Positions 23,672-32,879 of a stretch of 61,265 bases of DNA are shown here, piece after piece (position 1 is the stretch's first letter; each line of letters starts with the position of its first letter). The position numbers and the translations under genes are program-made. Origin of the DNA: a virus. The notes under the pieces are model-generated. The model did not search any database, had not been told where the DNA came from, and saw only the letters and a program-made list of their open reading frames with translations. The stretch spans positions 1 to 61,265 of the IMG/VR virus record IMGVR_UViG_3300045988_080771; one strand, 5' to 3'.

Positions 23672-24236
23672 TCATCATAAACTGGAAGGCACACATGCAT
23701 ATTTGAGTGCAAGTAAGTATTCATGGGTGAATTACGATGATGAACATTTTATCAATACATATCGTAATTCACAAGCAGCAGAGCTTGGAACAAAGATCCA
23801 TGCGCTCGCGGCTGAATTGATTTCTTTCAAACAGCATCTGCCTGAAGAACGCAAGACACTCAACATGCATGTGAATGATGCGATCGATCTTGAGATGAGT
23901 CCTGAGGTCGTGTTATATTACTCTCCATATGCGTATGGAACGAGCGATGCCATATCTTATGATCCAGAGAATCATTTTCTTAGGATTCATGATCTTAAGA
24001 CGGGAACTATACCAGCGAAGATGACTCAGTTATATGTTTATGCTTCACTCTTTTGTCTCGAGTATGATCTCCTTCCTACTGAAATTAAATCTGAATTCAG
24101 AATCTATCAGAATGACGAAGTCTTTGTCGATCCAACCCCGGACGTCGACAAGATCTCACACATCATGGATAAGATCGTTCACTTCGATGATCTTATCAAT
24201 CAGATGCGTCTTGAGACAGGCGGCATTAAAATGTAG
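23655..24236 (+). CDS. PD-(D/E)xK exonuclease (RecB/Cas4/YqaJ-like, 193 aa)
   Basis: YGTSDAISYD ... RIHDLKTG (a D ... D-x-K arrangement); internal ATG with RBS ggag. Confidence 0.5.
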   Translation: MIKFNDHHKLEGTHAYLSASKYSWVNYDDEHFINTYRNSQAAELGTKIHALAAELISFKQHLPEERKTLNMHVNDAIDLEMSPEVVLYYSPYAYGTSDAISYDPENHFLRIHDLKTGTIPAKMTQLYVYASLFCLEYDLLPTEIKSEFRIYQNDEVFVDPTPDVDKISHIMDKIVHFDDLINQMRLETGGIKM

Positions 24237-24243
24237 TAATTTT

Positions 24244-24272
24244 TCGCGAAAAAAACATGGGCTTTAATAGAA
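24244..24272 (+). promoter_or_regulatory. PE-16 (97-nt leader before the RNAP-like gene)
   Basis: tcgcgaaaaaaacatgggctttaatagaa. Confidence 0.55.
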
Positions 24273-24368
24273 GGAGAAAAATAAAGAATATAACGTTAAA
24301 TATCGCCATATTTGCGTCATATTCTATTCTTTTTGCCTTAAATTTGCATTCAATTAAGGAAAAGTTAA

Positions 24369-27344
24369 ATGAACTTTGTTGGCCAACAAGAAACTTATTC
24401 CGACGATTTGAACGAAGTAGACAATTATATCGAGCACTACGGAACTCCTCATTCTGGAGCCGTCCCGCATTCTGGACGATATCCTTGGGGTTCTGGTGAT
24501 TCCCGTTTCAAAGATGCGGGAAGTTTTCTAAGCCGATATCATGAACTACGAAAGTCTGGTATGTCTGATGCTCAAGCTGCGAAAGCTTTAGGTATGACTA
24601 CCAATCAGATTCGTGCATATCGTTCCATCGCTACCAATCAAGAGCGCGCCGCACTTTCTGCTAAAGCATATAAGCTTAAGGAACGTGGTTGGGGTGCTAC
24701 CGCTATTGCTAAAAAGCTTTCCGAAAGTGAAGGGCGAGAGATCAATGAGTCGACCGTCCGTTCTCTTTTGGATCCTTCTCGTAAAGCTCGAATGGATTCA
24801 ACTACTCAACTTGCGGAGTCTCTTAAGAAGACAATCCCTGAAGGTGGAGCAGTTTCAATCGGTAAGGGTGACGAGCTATTTCTTGGTGTAACCGCGGACA
24901 AATTGAAAGTCGCTACGACTATGCTTGAGTCCGAAGGATATCAAGTAAAGAATCTTTACGTTGATCAGCTTGGAATGAAGGGCAAGAAAGTTACTGTTAA
25001 AGTGCTTGCTGCCCCTGGAGCAAAGCTGGACGATCTTTATAACAATCCAGACAAAGTTGCATTCATTGCTAAGTCAGAACCAATAGCTGAAGCTAATGAT
25101 CTTGGATTAAAACCACCAGTTGCTGTAAAGTCATCTCGTGTCGCCGTTCGTTATGGAGATAAAGGCGGTGTCGAGAAAGATGGCACTATGGAGATTAATC
25201 CTCAAGCTGTTGATCTTCGTCTTTCACCTAAAGGTGTTGATAAGAAATACGCCCAGGTTCGAATCTCTGTTGATGGCACCCATTACTTAAAGGGTATGGC
25301 CGTTTATGGTGATCCTAAATCATTCCCTCCTGGTGTTGACATCATATTTAACACTAACAAAAATAGCAGCACTCCAAAAATGGATGTGTTCAAGAAGATG
25401 AAGGATGATCCCGATAATCCATTCGGTGCAACCGTACGACAGTATGATTACATTGATCCAAAGACTGGAAAGACTAAACAATCTCCAATCAATCTTGTGA
25501 ATGATGAAGGTACTTGGTCTGAATGGAGTCGTAATCTTCCTTCTCAGGTTCTTTCGAAGCAGTCTGAGGCATTGGCTAAACGACAGCTTGGATGGGCTTA
25601 CGATCGTTACAAAATGGAATATGATGAGATTAATTCTCTGACTAATCCAGTGGTTAAACGAAAGTTGATGAAAGAGTTCTCTGATTCATGCGATTCTGCA
25701 GCAGTTCATATGAAGGCGGCTGCAATGCCTAGGCAGAGTACTCGAGTAATTCTTCCTATTCCTTCTTTGAAGGATAATGAGATCTATGCTCCTCATCTTA
25801 ACAATGGTGAGAAGGTAGTTCTTGTTCGTTTTCCACATGGCGGTCGTTTCGAAATACCTGAACTGATTGTTAATAACAACAATCGAGAAGGCAAACGAGT
25901 TCTTGGAACAAACCCTAAGGATGCTGTTGGAATCAATGCCCATGTTGCTGGAATCCTTTCAGGTGCGGATTTCGATGGTGATACTGTTCTCGTAATTCCA
26001 AATAATCGAGGAGAGTTTAAACGAAGAGATCCATTGCCTGGTCTTAAGAACTTCAATCCTAGTGAGGCATATCCAAAGTATGAAGGTATGAAAGTTATAT
26101 CCTCTCGAGAGAAACAGCTTGAGATGGGTAAAGTTTCGAACCTTATTACTGATATGACTCTCAAGGGTGCAGGATGGGATGAGATTGAACGTGCTGTCAA
26201 ACATTCTATGGTCGTGATCGATTCTGAAAAGCATGAGTTGAACTACAAACAATCTGAGAAGGACTATGGAATCCGTGCTTTGAAAGCTAAGTGGCAAGGT
26301 GGTTCTAATAAAGGTGCCTCCACTCTTATTTCGAAAGCAACATCCGATGCCCGTATCAATGAAAGAAAGCTCCGCTCTGCTAAAGATGGTGGTCCTATTG
26401 ATCCAAAGACCGGTAAGTATGTTTGGGAAGAGACTGGGTCTCATTATGAAGTGACCAAGTCCCATACAATTAAACCTTCTGATATTAAGAATGGTAAAGT
26501 AACCGACCCAGTCTCTGGTAAAAAGGTCCCCGTCTTTTCTGAGGAGACCACCACTAAGTCTGGTCGTAAGAAAGTTTCTTACTACTATGAGGCCCTTGAT
26601 TATAAAGGTGACCCCGTCTTTGATAAAAAGACCGGGGCTCGTAAACGTGGAACTAAGGCCACCACCTTTGATGATAAAGGTAACCCAATAGTTGAAACTA
26701 AATACCGCCAGGTTAAGGTACCTAAGATGTCCCTTGTGGACGATGCCCTATCTCTTTCTTCAGGTACGGGCATGGAAGAAATTTATGGTACCCATGCTAA
26801 TAAATTAAAAGCCCTTGGTAATGAAGCCCGTAAGACCTATGTCAATACAGAGGTCTTTAAGGTGGACTCAAAAGCACGTACCCAATACGCAAGCGAGGTT
26901 GCTTCTCTCAATGCTAAGCTTAATACTGCATTGAAGAACATGCCTTTGGAAAGGCGTGCGCAAATGCTTGCTAATCAACAAGTAAAAGCTCGTCAATATG
27001 ACAATCCAAATCTGGATGAAGACCAGCTTAAGCGGTTGAAACAGCAGGCCCTCCATGGTGCTCGATTGAAGGTCGGTGCCGATAAGAAGTCAGTCACAAT
27101 ACACATTACTGATGGTGAATGGAAAGCGATTCAAGATCGTGCAATTTCATCTAGCAAACTGGAAGAGATTCTAAGGTTCGCGGATGAAGATGAAGTAAAG
27201 CAACTCGCATTGCCTCGTCAAGGAGTAAAGGTTCCGCCTTACATCATTTCAAAGGCAAAAACCTTGATCAATAAAGGTTATACTGTGGCAGAAGTAGCTG
27301 ATGCAGTGGGCGTTAGTGTGTCGACTCTTGAGAAAAGTCTTTAG
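24369..27344 (+). CDS. putative single-polypeptide double-psi-beta-barrel RNA polymerase (YonO / RdRP-like) with N- and C-terminal HTH segments
   Basis: aa 261-270 RYGDKGGVEK resembles beta RHGNKGVISK. aa 484-543 VLVRFPHGGRFEI..INAHVAGILSGADFDGDTVLVIP resembles beta-prime [37 protein letters not shown]. HTH-like segments at aa 65-134 and 962-991. Confidence 0.6.
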   Translation: MNFVGQQETYSDDLNEVDNYIEHYGTPHSGAVPHSGRYPWGSGDSRFKDAGSFLSRYHELRKSGMSDAQAAKALGMTTNQIRAYRSIATNQERAALSAKAYKLKERGWGATAIAKKLSESEGREINESTVRSLLDPSRKARMDSTTQLAESLKKTIPEGGAVSIGKGDELFLGVTADKLKVATTMLESEGYQVKNLYVDQLGMKGKKVTVKVLAAPGAKLDDLYNNPDKVAFIAKSEPIAEANDLGLKPPVAVKSSRVAVRYGDKGGVEKDGTMEINPQAVDLRLSPKGVDKKYAQVRISVDGTHYLKGMAVYGDPKSFPPGVDIIFNTNKNSSTPKMDVFKKMKDDPDNPFGATVRQYDYIDPKTGKTKQSPINLVNDEGTWSEWSRNLPSQVLSKQSEALAKRQLGWAYDRYKMEYDEINSLTNPVVKRKLMKEFSDSCDSAAVHMKAAAMPRQSTRVILPIPSLKDNEIYAPHLNNGEKVVLVRFPHGGRFEIPELIVNNNNREGKRVLGTNPKDAVGINAHVAGILSGADFDGDTVLVIPNNRGEFKRRDPLPGLKNFNPSEAYPKYEGMKVISSREKQLEMGKVSNLITDMTLKGAGWDEIERAVKHSMVVIDSEKHELNYKQSEKDYGIRALKAKWQGGSNKGASTLISKATSDARINERKLRSAKDGGPIDPKTGKYVWEETGSHYEVTKSHTIKPSDIKNGKVTDPVSGKKVPVFSEETTTKSGRKKVSYYYEALDYKGDPVFDKKTGARKRGTKATTFDDKGNPIVETKYRQVKVPKMSLVDDALSLSSGTGMEEIYGTHANKLKALGNEARKTYVNTEVFKVDSKARTQYASEVASLNAKLNTALKNMPLERRAQMLANQQVKARQYDNPNLDEDQLKRLKQQALHGARLKVGADKKSVTIHITDGEWKAIQDRAISSSKLEEILRFADEDEVKQLALPRQGVKVPPYIISKAKTLINKGYTVAEVADAVGVSVSTLEKSL

Positions 27345-27361
27345 AAGTTTGGTGATGCTAA

Positions 27362-27709
27362 ATGTCTGTTGAATACATGCTTACTACTATTGATAATCCT
27401 TTTAATCCTTTTATTGATTTCGATCGTTGGTATGGCTTTGACATTACTCAAGGTCATTACACAAGTGAATACATCGCTCGAATCGCTGTTGACAGTGCAC
27501 TATTGTCTGATGAAGAACGTTCTGAGGAATACAATCGTGCTATTCAATGGATCTTAGACAATGATGTTTTAGGATTGTATGTTCGTATTACGAAAGACAA
27601 TGCTGATTCTATTATTGCTAAGAACCTGAAACATTCTGAAGATTCTTTAGATAATTCTTTAGATAATTCTTTGGATAATTCTTTGGATAATTCTTTGGAT
27701 AATTCTTGA
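27362..27709 (+). CDS. hypothetical protein (115 aa) whose C-terminus is encoded by the 12-bp tandem repeat
   Basis: ORF track; tail DSLDNSLDNSLDNSLDNSLDNS. Confidence 0.65.
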   Translation: MSVEYMLTTIDNPFNPFIDFDRWYGFDITQGHYTSEYIARIAVDSALLSDEERSEEYNRAIQWILDNDVLGLYVRITKDNADSIIAKNLKHSEDSLDNSLDNSLDNSLDNSLDNS

Positions 27710-27733
27710 GATAATTCTTTTGAATCTTTGAAT
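27638..27733. repeat. tandem 12-bp repeat, about 7-8 units (GATAATTCTTTR)
   Basis: Read directly: gataattcttta / gataattctttg x3 / gataattcttga / gataattctttt, plus degenerate flanking units. Confidence 0.9.
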
Positions 27734-27737
27734 GTTG

Positions 27738-27898
27738 TATTTGAATCTCAAATGAATTGAATTGTTTGCATTCATTCGATTGCTATTATTGATTCGCTTC
27801 AAATCAATGTCCGTTTATTTCTCCTTAATTTATTGGTTAATAGATTGATAATAGTAATCGATTGTGTGCATTCAATTCGATTCATTTGAATTCAAATC
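27738..27898. repeat. imperfect inverted repeat with ~45-bp arms (27738-27782 and 27856-27898)
   Basis: tatttgaatctcaaatgaattgaattgtttgcattcattcgattg compared with the reverse complement of aatcgattgtgtgcattcaattcgattcatttgaattcaaatc. Confidence 0.7.
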
Positions 27899-27985
27899 TT
27901 AATTCATTTAATTTAAATTTAAAATATTTTTAATTTAAAATAATTTAAATACTTTAAATATAAATATAATATGGATTGAATATAA

Positions 27986-28056
27986 ACCCTCCCCGGGGGT
28001 CCGCGAAAATATACCCCCTCCCGCATCGCCGCCCTCCTCAAAAAATCTCCGCGGGG
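27986..28056. other. isolated GC/C-run-rich tract within an AT-rich intergenic region (candidate cos/pac or protein-binding site)
   Basis: ccctccccgggggtccgcgaaaatataccccctcccgcatcgccgccctcctcaaaaaatctccgcgggg, immediately after about 70 bp of near-pure A/T (27905-27975). Confidence 0.4.
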
Positions 28057-28279
28057 ATATTTTGGGAGACCTTTTTAGTGGTCCAGGGCGAATATGTTAT
28101 ATTTTAGAGTGGTAAGCCTGTCTGTCAGTGGGTTTGGTAAACAAAACTGCGCAGACATGACCCTTTAAACTAGGCATAAAGGGGCGCAAACTCCTTTCGA
28201 AGCCATTAAAACTCATTGATGGACAGCCTTATCTCTCTAAAAGCCTAGTGATCTATACTTGAAATGGAGTCGATTTGTC

Positions 28280-28639
28280 ATGCCTAGACCTAAACGGACT
28301 AATGAACCGGTGCTCCCACCGCTTCAACCGGCTACCACACCGGAAGAACGAGAGAAACAGCTCATAAATCTGGCCGAGAATGAGAGCGAACGTCTAATGC
28401 GAGAGCATAGAGCTCCTGCTTCACTCCTCATTCATTATCTTAAACTTGGTTGCACTCGTGAACAGGTCGAGTTGGAGAAGATTCGACAGGAAACCGAGCT
28501 TACCAAGGCGAAGGTAAAGACAACCGAGACGGCTGAGCAACTCCAGAGCATGACTCGTGATGCGATGGATGCTTTCCGTGCATATTCTGGAAACATGAAT
28601 GGAGATGATGCAGATGCTTCTGACGGATTCCGTGATTAG
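28280..28639 (+). CDS. hypothetical protein (119 aa); possible small terminase subunit by position
   Basis: First gene after the large intergenic region; ATG with RBS ggag; basic N-terminus and a coiled-coil. No family assignment possible. Confidence 0.3.
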   Translation: MPRPKRTNEPVLPPLQPATTPEEREKQLINLAENESERLMREHRAPASLLIHYLKLGCTREQVELEKIRQETELTKAKVKTTETAEQLQSMTRDAMDAFRAYSGNMNGDDADASDGFRD

Positions 28640-29165
28640 AAAGAAAGCAAAAGAAAATGGCCTCATCTATCCATATGATGAGACGCAGCTTCAACCTTGT
28701 AGCTATGATGTCACACTAAGCTCTTCGATAATTCGATATGTTGGAAGCGGAATCATTGACGCATCGTCCAGAACACTAGATAATACTCTTGAATACTTCA
28801 AGTTCAACATGAACGATGAAGGTTATATTCTTGAGCCTGGAGAATTCATTTTAGGCAGTACAAATGAATCTCTATCATTGCCAAATCGATTGGCCGCTCG
28901 ATACGAAGGTAAATCTTCGATGGGTCGAATCGGTCTTGCTTCTCACATTACTGCTGGTTTTATCGATCCCGGATTCCGTGGAACGATTACTCTCGAAATC
29001 AAGAATGAAAATAATCATCAAATCCGGATTCGTCCGGGTATGAAGATTGGTCAATTCTGTTTCTTCGAGACATCCCCTGTCGAGAGACCCTATGGCTCAG
29101 AGGAACTGGGCTCGCATTATCAAGGACAGATCGGCACTACGCCATCTGCTATCCAGTATGCCTAA
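28614..29165 (+). CDS. dcd: dCTP deaminase / dUTPase-superfamily enzyme
   Basis: N-terminus MLLTDSVI..., QPCSYDVTL, GKSSMGRIGL, GFIDPGFRGTITLEIKN. Start chosen at the ATG 9 nt after GGAG. Confidence 0.75.
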   Translation: MLLTDSVIRKKAKENGLIYPYDETQLQPCSYDVTLSSSIIRYVGSGIIDASSRTLDNTLEYFKFNMNDEGYILEPGEFILGSTNESLSLPNRLAARYEGKSSMGRIGLASHITAGFIDPGFRGTITLEIKNENNHQIRIRPGMKIGQFCFFETSPVERPYGSEELGSHYQGQIGTTPSAIQYA

Positions 29166-29568
29166 AATTCGTACTTACACTGATTTGATTCAAATTCCAA
29201 CCTTCGAAGAACGATTCAAATACCTTAAATTGAATGGTACAGTAGGACAAACTACTTTTGGATTCGAACGATACATGAATCAACGGTTCTATTCTTCAGT
29301 CGAATGGAAGCATGTAAGAGATATAGTCATTGCAAGAGATAATGGCTGCGATTTGGCATGTTCTGATCATGAGATTTATGGGAAAGTGATGGTCCATCAT
29401 ATATGTCCACTGACTCCAGAAGCATTAGAAAATAGTGACATAACTGTGTTGGATCCGAACTTTCTTATTTCATGTTCCATGAAGACCCACAATGCGATTC
29501 ACTTTGGCGACCTATCTCAGGTACGTTCATTTGTCGAACGAAAACCTGGGGATACAAAACTATGGTGA
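29158..29568 (+). CDS. HNH endonuclease (terminase-associated type)
   Basis: CDLAC...HHICP...N...THNAIH; lies just upstream of the large terminase. Confidence 0.7.
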   Translation: MPKIRTYTDLIQIPTFEERFKYLKLNGTVGQTTFGFERYMNQRFYSSVEWKHVRDIVIARDNGCDLACSDHEIYGKVMVHHICPLTPEALENSDITVLDPNFLISCSMKTHNAIHFGDLSQVRSFVERKPGDTKLW

Positions 29569-29603
29569 ACACATTCTTTTGTTTTGCCTAGAAAGACAAT
29601 ATA

Positions 29604-29945
29604 ATGAATAGCATTCTTGAAGACATAAAACAAATGCTAAATCTTGAAAAAGATTACACGCCATTTGATACTGATGTCCAGATCTATATTAATTCGGCAT
29701 TCGGAAATCTTTATCAGTTGGGTGTTCTGACTGATAAGTATTCGATTACCGGATATGACGAAACTTGGGACGATGTTCCACTTGTTCGAAAGCAAGCGCA
29801 AGAGATCAAAGTCTATATTTATCTCTATACTCGTTTGCGTTTCGATCCTCCTGCCAACAGCTTTGTTATTGAGGCTATCGAAAAACAGATTAGCGAAGCT
29901 GAATGGCGATTGAATGTTGAAGCTGAAGGAGCTTTTGAAAGTTAG
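29604..29945 (+). CDS. putative head-tail connector (gp6-like) protein
   Basis: Size, plus an N-terminal pattern LEDIKQMLNLEKDYTPFD typical of this family. Recalled, not searched. Confidence 0.35.
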   Translation: MNSILEDIKQMLNLEKDYTPFDTDVQIYINSAFGNLYQLGVLTDKYSITGYDETWDDVPLVRKQAQEIKVYIYLYTRLRFDPPANSFVIEAIEKQISEAEWRLNVEAEGAFES

Positions 29946-29953
29946 GAGTTCCA

Positions 29954-31705
29954 ATGGCTTTGTCTAATACCGCGACCCCACGATATTATGGGGAATTCCG
30001 CCAAAAAGTACTCAATGGTGAGATACCGGTATGCAAAGAGATTTCAATGCAGATGAATCTTATCGATGATCTCATTGCAAATCCAGGTGTTTATTACGAT
30101 GAAGATGCAGTTGAGGGTTTTATTCAGTTCTGTGAAACCGAACTGACATTGACTGATGGTTCACCGCTTACGCTTCTCGATTCGTTTAAGCTGTGGGCCG
30201 AAGATGTATATGGATGGTATTATTTCGTGGAACGATCGGTTCTAGTGCCGAATGTTGGACGCCCTGGAAGTCATTACGAGACGCGACGGGTTAAAACTAG
30301 ACTTCGTGAGAAGCAGTATTTGATTGTCGCTCGTGGTGCTGCCAAATCTATGTATTCATCTTGTCATCAGGCATATGGCCTTACTATTGACACATCAACA
30401 TCTGATAATATTACAGTCGCTCCGACCATGAAACAGGCCGAAGAGATTATGTCTCCGATCCGAACTGCATTGGTTCGTCATCGAGGACCATTATTTAAGT
30501 TCTTAACTGATACCAATCTACCCAGTTTGGATGGTAAACCAAATCAACCTAAATTGGGTTCCACAAAGAAAGGCATCGAGAACTTTATGACTGGATCGAT
30601 CGTCGAGATCCGACCCATGTCTATTGATAAACTGCAGGGTGCCCGTCCAAAACGTGCAACCGTTGACGAATGGTTGTCTGGTGATATCCGAGAGGATGTT
30701 ATCGGTGCAATCGAACAGGGTGCATCGAAGCTCGGAAATGGAAACTATCTAATTATCGCCACCTCATCTGAAGGAACTGTTCGTAATAGTGTTGGTGATA
30801 ATATCAAGATGGAGCTTATGAAAATACTGAAGGGCGAGTATGTAAATCCGCATGTCTCAATTTGGTATTATAAGCTCGACGATATTTCCGAAGTAAATGA
30901 TCCCAATATGTGGATCAAAGCAAATCCCAATATTGGTTTGACGATCTCTTATGAGACATATCAGTTAGATGTTGAGCGTGCAGAACATGCTCCGGCAACC
31001 AGAAATGATATTCTCGCAAAACGATTTGGAATACCAATGGAGGGTTACACATACTTCTTCACATATGAAGAAACTCTTCCTCACAGAAAGCAAAGTTTCT
31101 GGGGTATGCCATGTTCTCTTGGTGCTGATTTATCACAAGGCGATGATTTCTGCGCATTCACGTTTCTGTTTCCTCTTCGTGGTGAGCAATTCGGCATCAA
31201 GACCATCAACTATATTTCTGAATACACTCTTTCGAAACTTCCTGGTGAAGCAGTTCGACATAAGTATGATGAATTTATAAATGAGGGTTCTCTTCGAATC
31301 ATGCCCGGCACCGTTCTTGATATGATGCAGGTATACGATGATTTGGAGAAGTATATCGCTGATGCTGATTACGATGTTCGAAGTTTTGGATATGATCCAT
31401 ATAATGCTCGAGATTTCGTTCAACGATGGGAAACCGAGAATGGCCCATTTGGAGTGACTAAGGTTATTCAAGGTGCAAAGACCGAATCCGTTCCTCTTGG
31501 TGAATTAAAAAAGCTATCCGAAGAACGTCGTCTCATATTCGACGAATCACTTATGCAGTTTGCAATGGGTAATTGTATCACCCTTGAAGATACAAATGGA
31601 AATCGTAAACTCTATAAAGCTCGTCGTGAGGATAAAATTGATGCCGTTGCAGCATTAATGGATGCATTTGTTGCTTATAAGCTTAATAGAGATGCATTTG
31701 AGTAA
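29954..31705 (+). CDS. terL: terminase large subunit
   Basis: 583 aa; ATPase motifs VARGAAKS and ATVDEW; nuclease half with conserved acidic residues; position upstream of the portal. Confidence 0.8.
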   Translation: MALSNTATPRYYGEFRQKVLNGEIPVCKEISMQMNLIDDLIANPGVYYDEDAVEGFIQFCETELTLTDGSPLTLLDSFKLWAEDVYGWYYFVERSVLVPNVGRPGSHYETRRVKTRLREKQYLIVARGAAKSMYSSCHQAYGLTIDTSTSDNITVAPTMKQAEEIMSPIRTALVRHRGPLFKFLTDTNLPSLDGKPNQPKLGSTKKGIENFMTGSIVEIRPMSIDKLQGARPKRATVDEWLSGDIREDVIGAIEQGASKLGNGNYLIIATSSEGTVRNSVGDNIKMELMKILKGEYVNPHVSIWYYKLDDISEVNDPNMWIKANPNIGLTISYETYQLDVERAEHAPATRNDILAKRFGIPMEGYTYFFTYEETLPHRKQSFWGMPCSLGADLSQGDDFCAFTFLFPLRGEQFGIKTINYISEYTLSKLPGEAVRHKYDEFINEGSLRIMPGTVLDMMQVYDDLEKYIADADYDVRSFGYDPYNARDFVQRWETENGPFGVTKVIQGAKTESVPLGELKKLSEERRLIFDESLMQFAMGNCITLEDTNGNRKLYKARREDKIDAVAALMDAFVAYKLNRDAFE

Positions 31706-31713
31706 GGATAAAT

Positions 31714-32346
31714 ATGGTATTCAAATCTCAATATATTCAAAATGATATTTCCGAAGATGATGATTCAATTGAGCATTATGGTGTTCTCGGAATGAAATGG
31801 GGTGTTCGTAGATCACTCGATAAGTCTGGACGAAAATCTTATCGTAAAGACGCCAAAGCAAAACGTGTTCAGCTTCGAAAGACTGCTGCTTCTGAGAAGT
31901 ATATGAAGCGTAATTATGAAAAAGACGCTGACGCTGCTGGTCAGGTTCGAGCTGCTGCAAAAGCTCGAGGCAAAGCTGAAACAAAAATTTTTGGGCGTGA
32001 TGAAGCTATTCGAAGCACTCAAAAAGATTTAGATCGGGCTGTAAAGAATCGTGAATCCTCTCGAGAAGCCTATCTTCGATCCGAACGCATCTATAAGAAT
32101 AACGAATCCAAATTTAACTCTATGGCTGAGACCATGAAAGCTAAGTACGGTAAAGATAGCGTTAAGAATTATAGCACTAAGCAGATCGCTAAAGGTGAGG
32201 AATGGACCAATAATGTTATCAAATTCGGTTTGAATATTACTGATCTTCCATTGCTTGGTAATAAGTACAATGGAAAGTATATTACTAATGAAGTCGTGAA
32301 TGACCGAATGAAGAACCTTGACAAGACTACTTCGAAACGTTATTAA
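31714..32346 (+). CDS. basic protein (210 aa) with the conserved N-terminal leader D-x-I-E-H-Y-G...GMKWGVR
   Basis: DDSIEHYGVLGMKWGVRR at aa 16-33. Confidence 0.7.
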   Translation: MVFKSQYIQNDISEDDDSIEHYGVLGMKWGVRRSLDKSGRKSYRKDAKAKRVQLRKTAASEKYMKRNYEKDADAAGQVRAAAKARGKAETKIFGRDEAIRSTQKDLDRAVKNRESSREAYLRSERIYKNNESKFNSMAETMKAKYGKDSVKNYSTKQIAKGEEWTNNVIKFGLNITDLPLLGNKYNGKYITNEVVNDRMKNLDKTTSKRY

Positions 32347-32355
32347 GGATAAAAT

Positions 32356-32862
32356 ATGACTGATTTCATTGACATGGATCAGCCAGCTGAAGACTATATT
32401 GCTCATCATGGTGTAAAAGGCATGAAGTGGGGCGTACGTAAATCTCGTCCTACATCAGGTCGTACTTCCAAGGCAAAACGATCATTTATTACAATTAATA
32501 TCAATAAAGGATCTGCTGCCAAGAAACAAGAAGTCACTAAGAAGGCTGGCATCCTTAAGCGAGCTGTTGAAGTCAGAAAAAAGTCGAAGCCTGAAAACAT
32601 TCATGACATTTCTGATGAAGATCTTAATGCTCGAATCAATCGGCTTCAACGTGAACAACAGTATAAACAGCTAATGCAACAAAATGCTGCAAATATCCAA
32701 CCATCTAATCAATCCAAAAGTTATGTTAATCAGTTTAAACAACAAATGGTTAGTTCTTTGATTAGCGGTGTTGCTGGTGGTGTTGGTGATTTTGCCAAGG
32801 CTGCCGTGAAATATCAGTTGTCTTCGCGTACCGGTATTCCTACCGGTAAGGACAAGAAGTAA
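32356..32862 (+). CDS. basic protein (168 aa) with the same N-terminal leader
   Basis: EDYIAHHGVKGMKWGVRK at aa 12-29. Confidence 0.7.
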   Translation: MTDFIDMDQPAEDYIAHHGVKGMKWGVRKSRPTSGRTSKAKRSFITININKGSAAKKQEVTKKAGILKRAVEVRKKSKPENIHDISDEDLNARINRLQREQQYKQLMQQNAANIQPSNQSKSYVNQFKQQMVSSLISGVAGGVGDFAKAAVKYQLSSRTGIPTGKDKK

Positions 32863-32879
32863 GATTAGGAGGTGCAAAT

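Noticed and set aside
24257-24499. 80-aa ORF overlapping the start of the RNAP-like gene
   Set aside because: Its ATG (24257-59) lies inside the promoter element itself (24244-24272), upstream of that element's AAGGAG (24271-76), so no Shine-Dalgarno site precedes it. It overlaps the 991-aa gene out of frame, and its sequence is not protein-like.
27638-27733. Possible CRISPR array
   Set aside because: The units are 12 bp, directly abutting with no spacers, and partly coding. This is a plain tandem repeat, not a repeat-spacer array. No cas genes are present.
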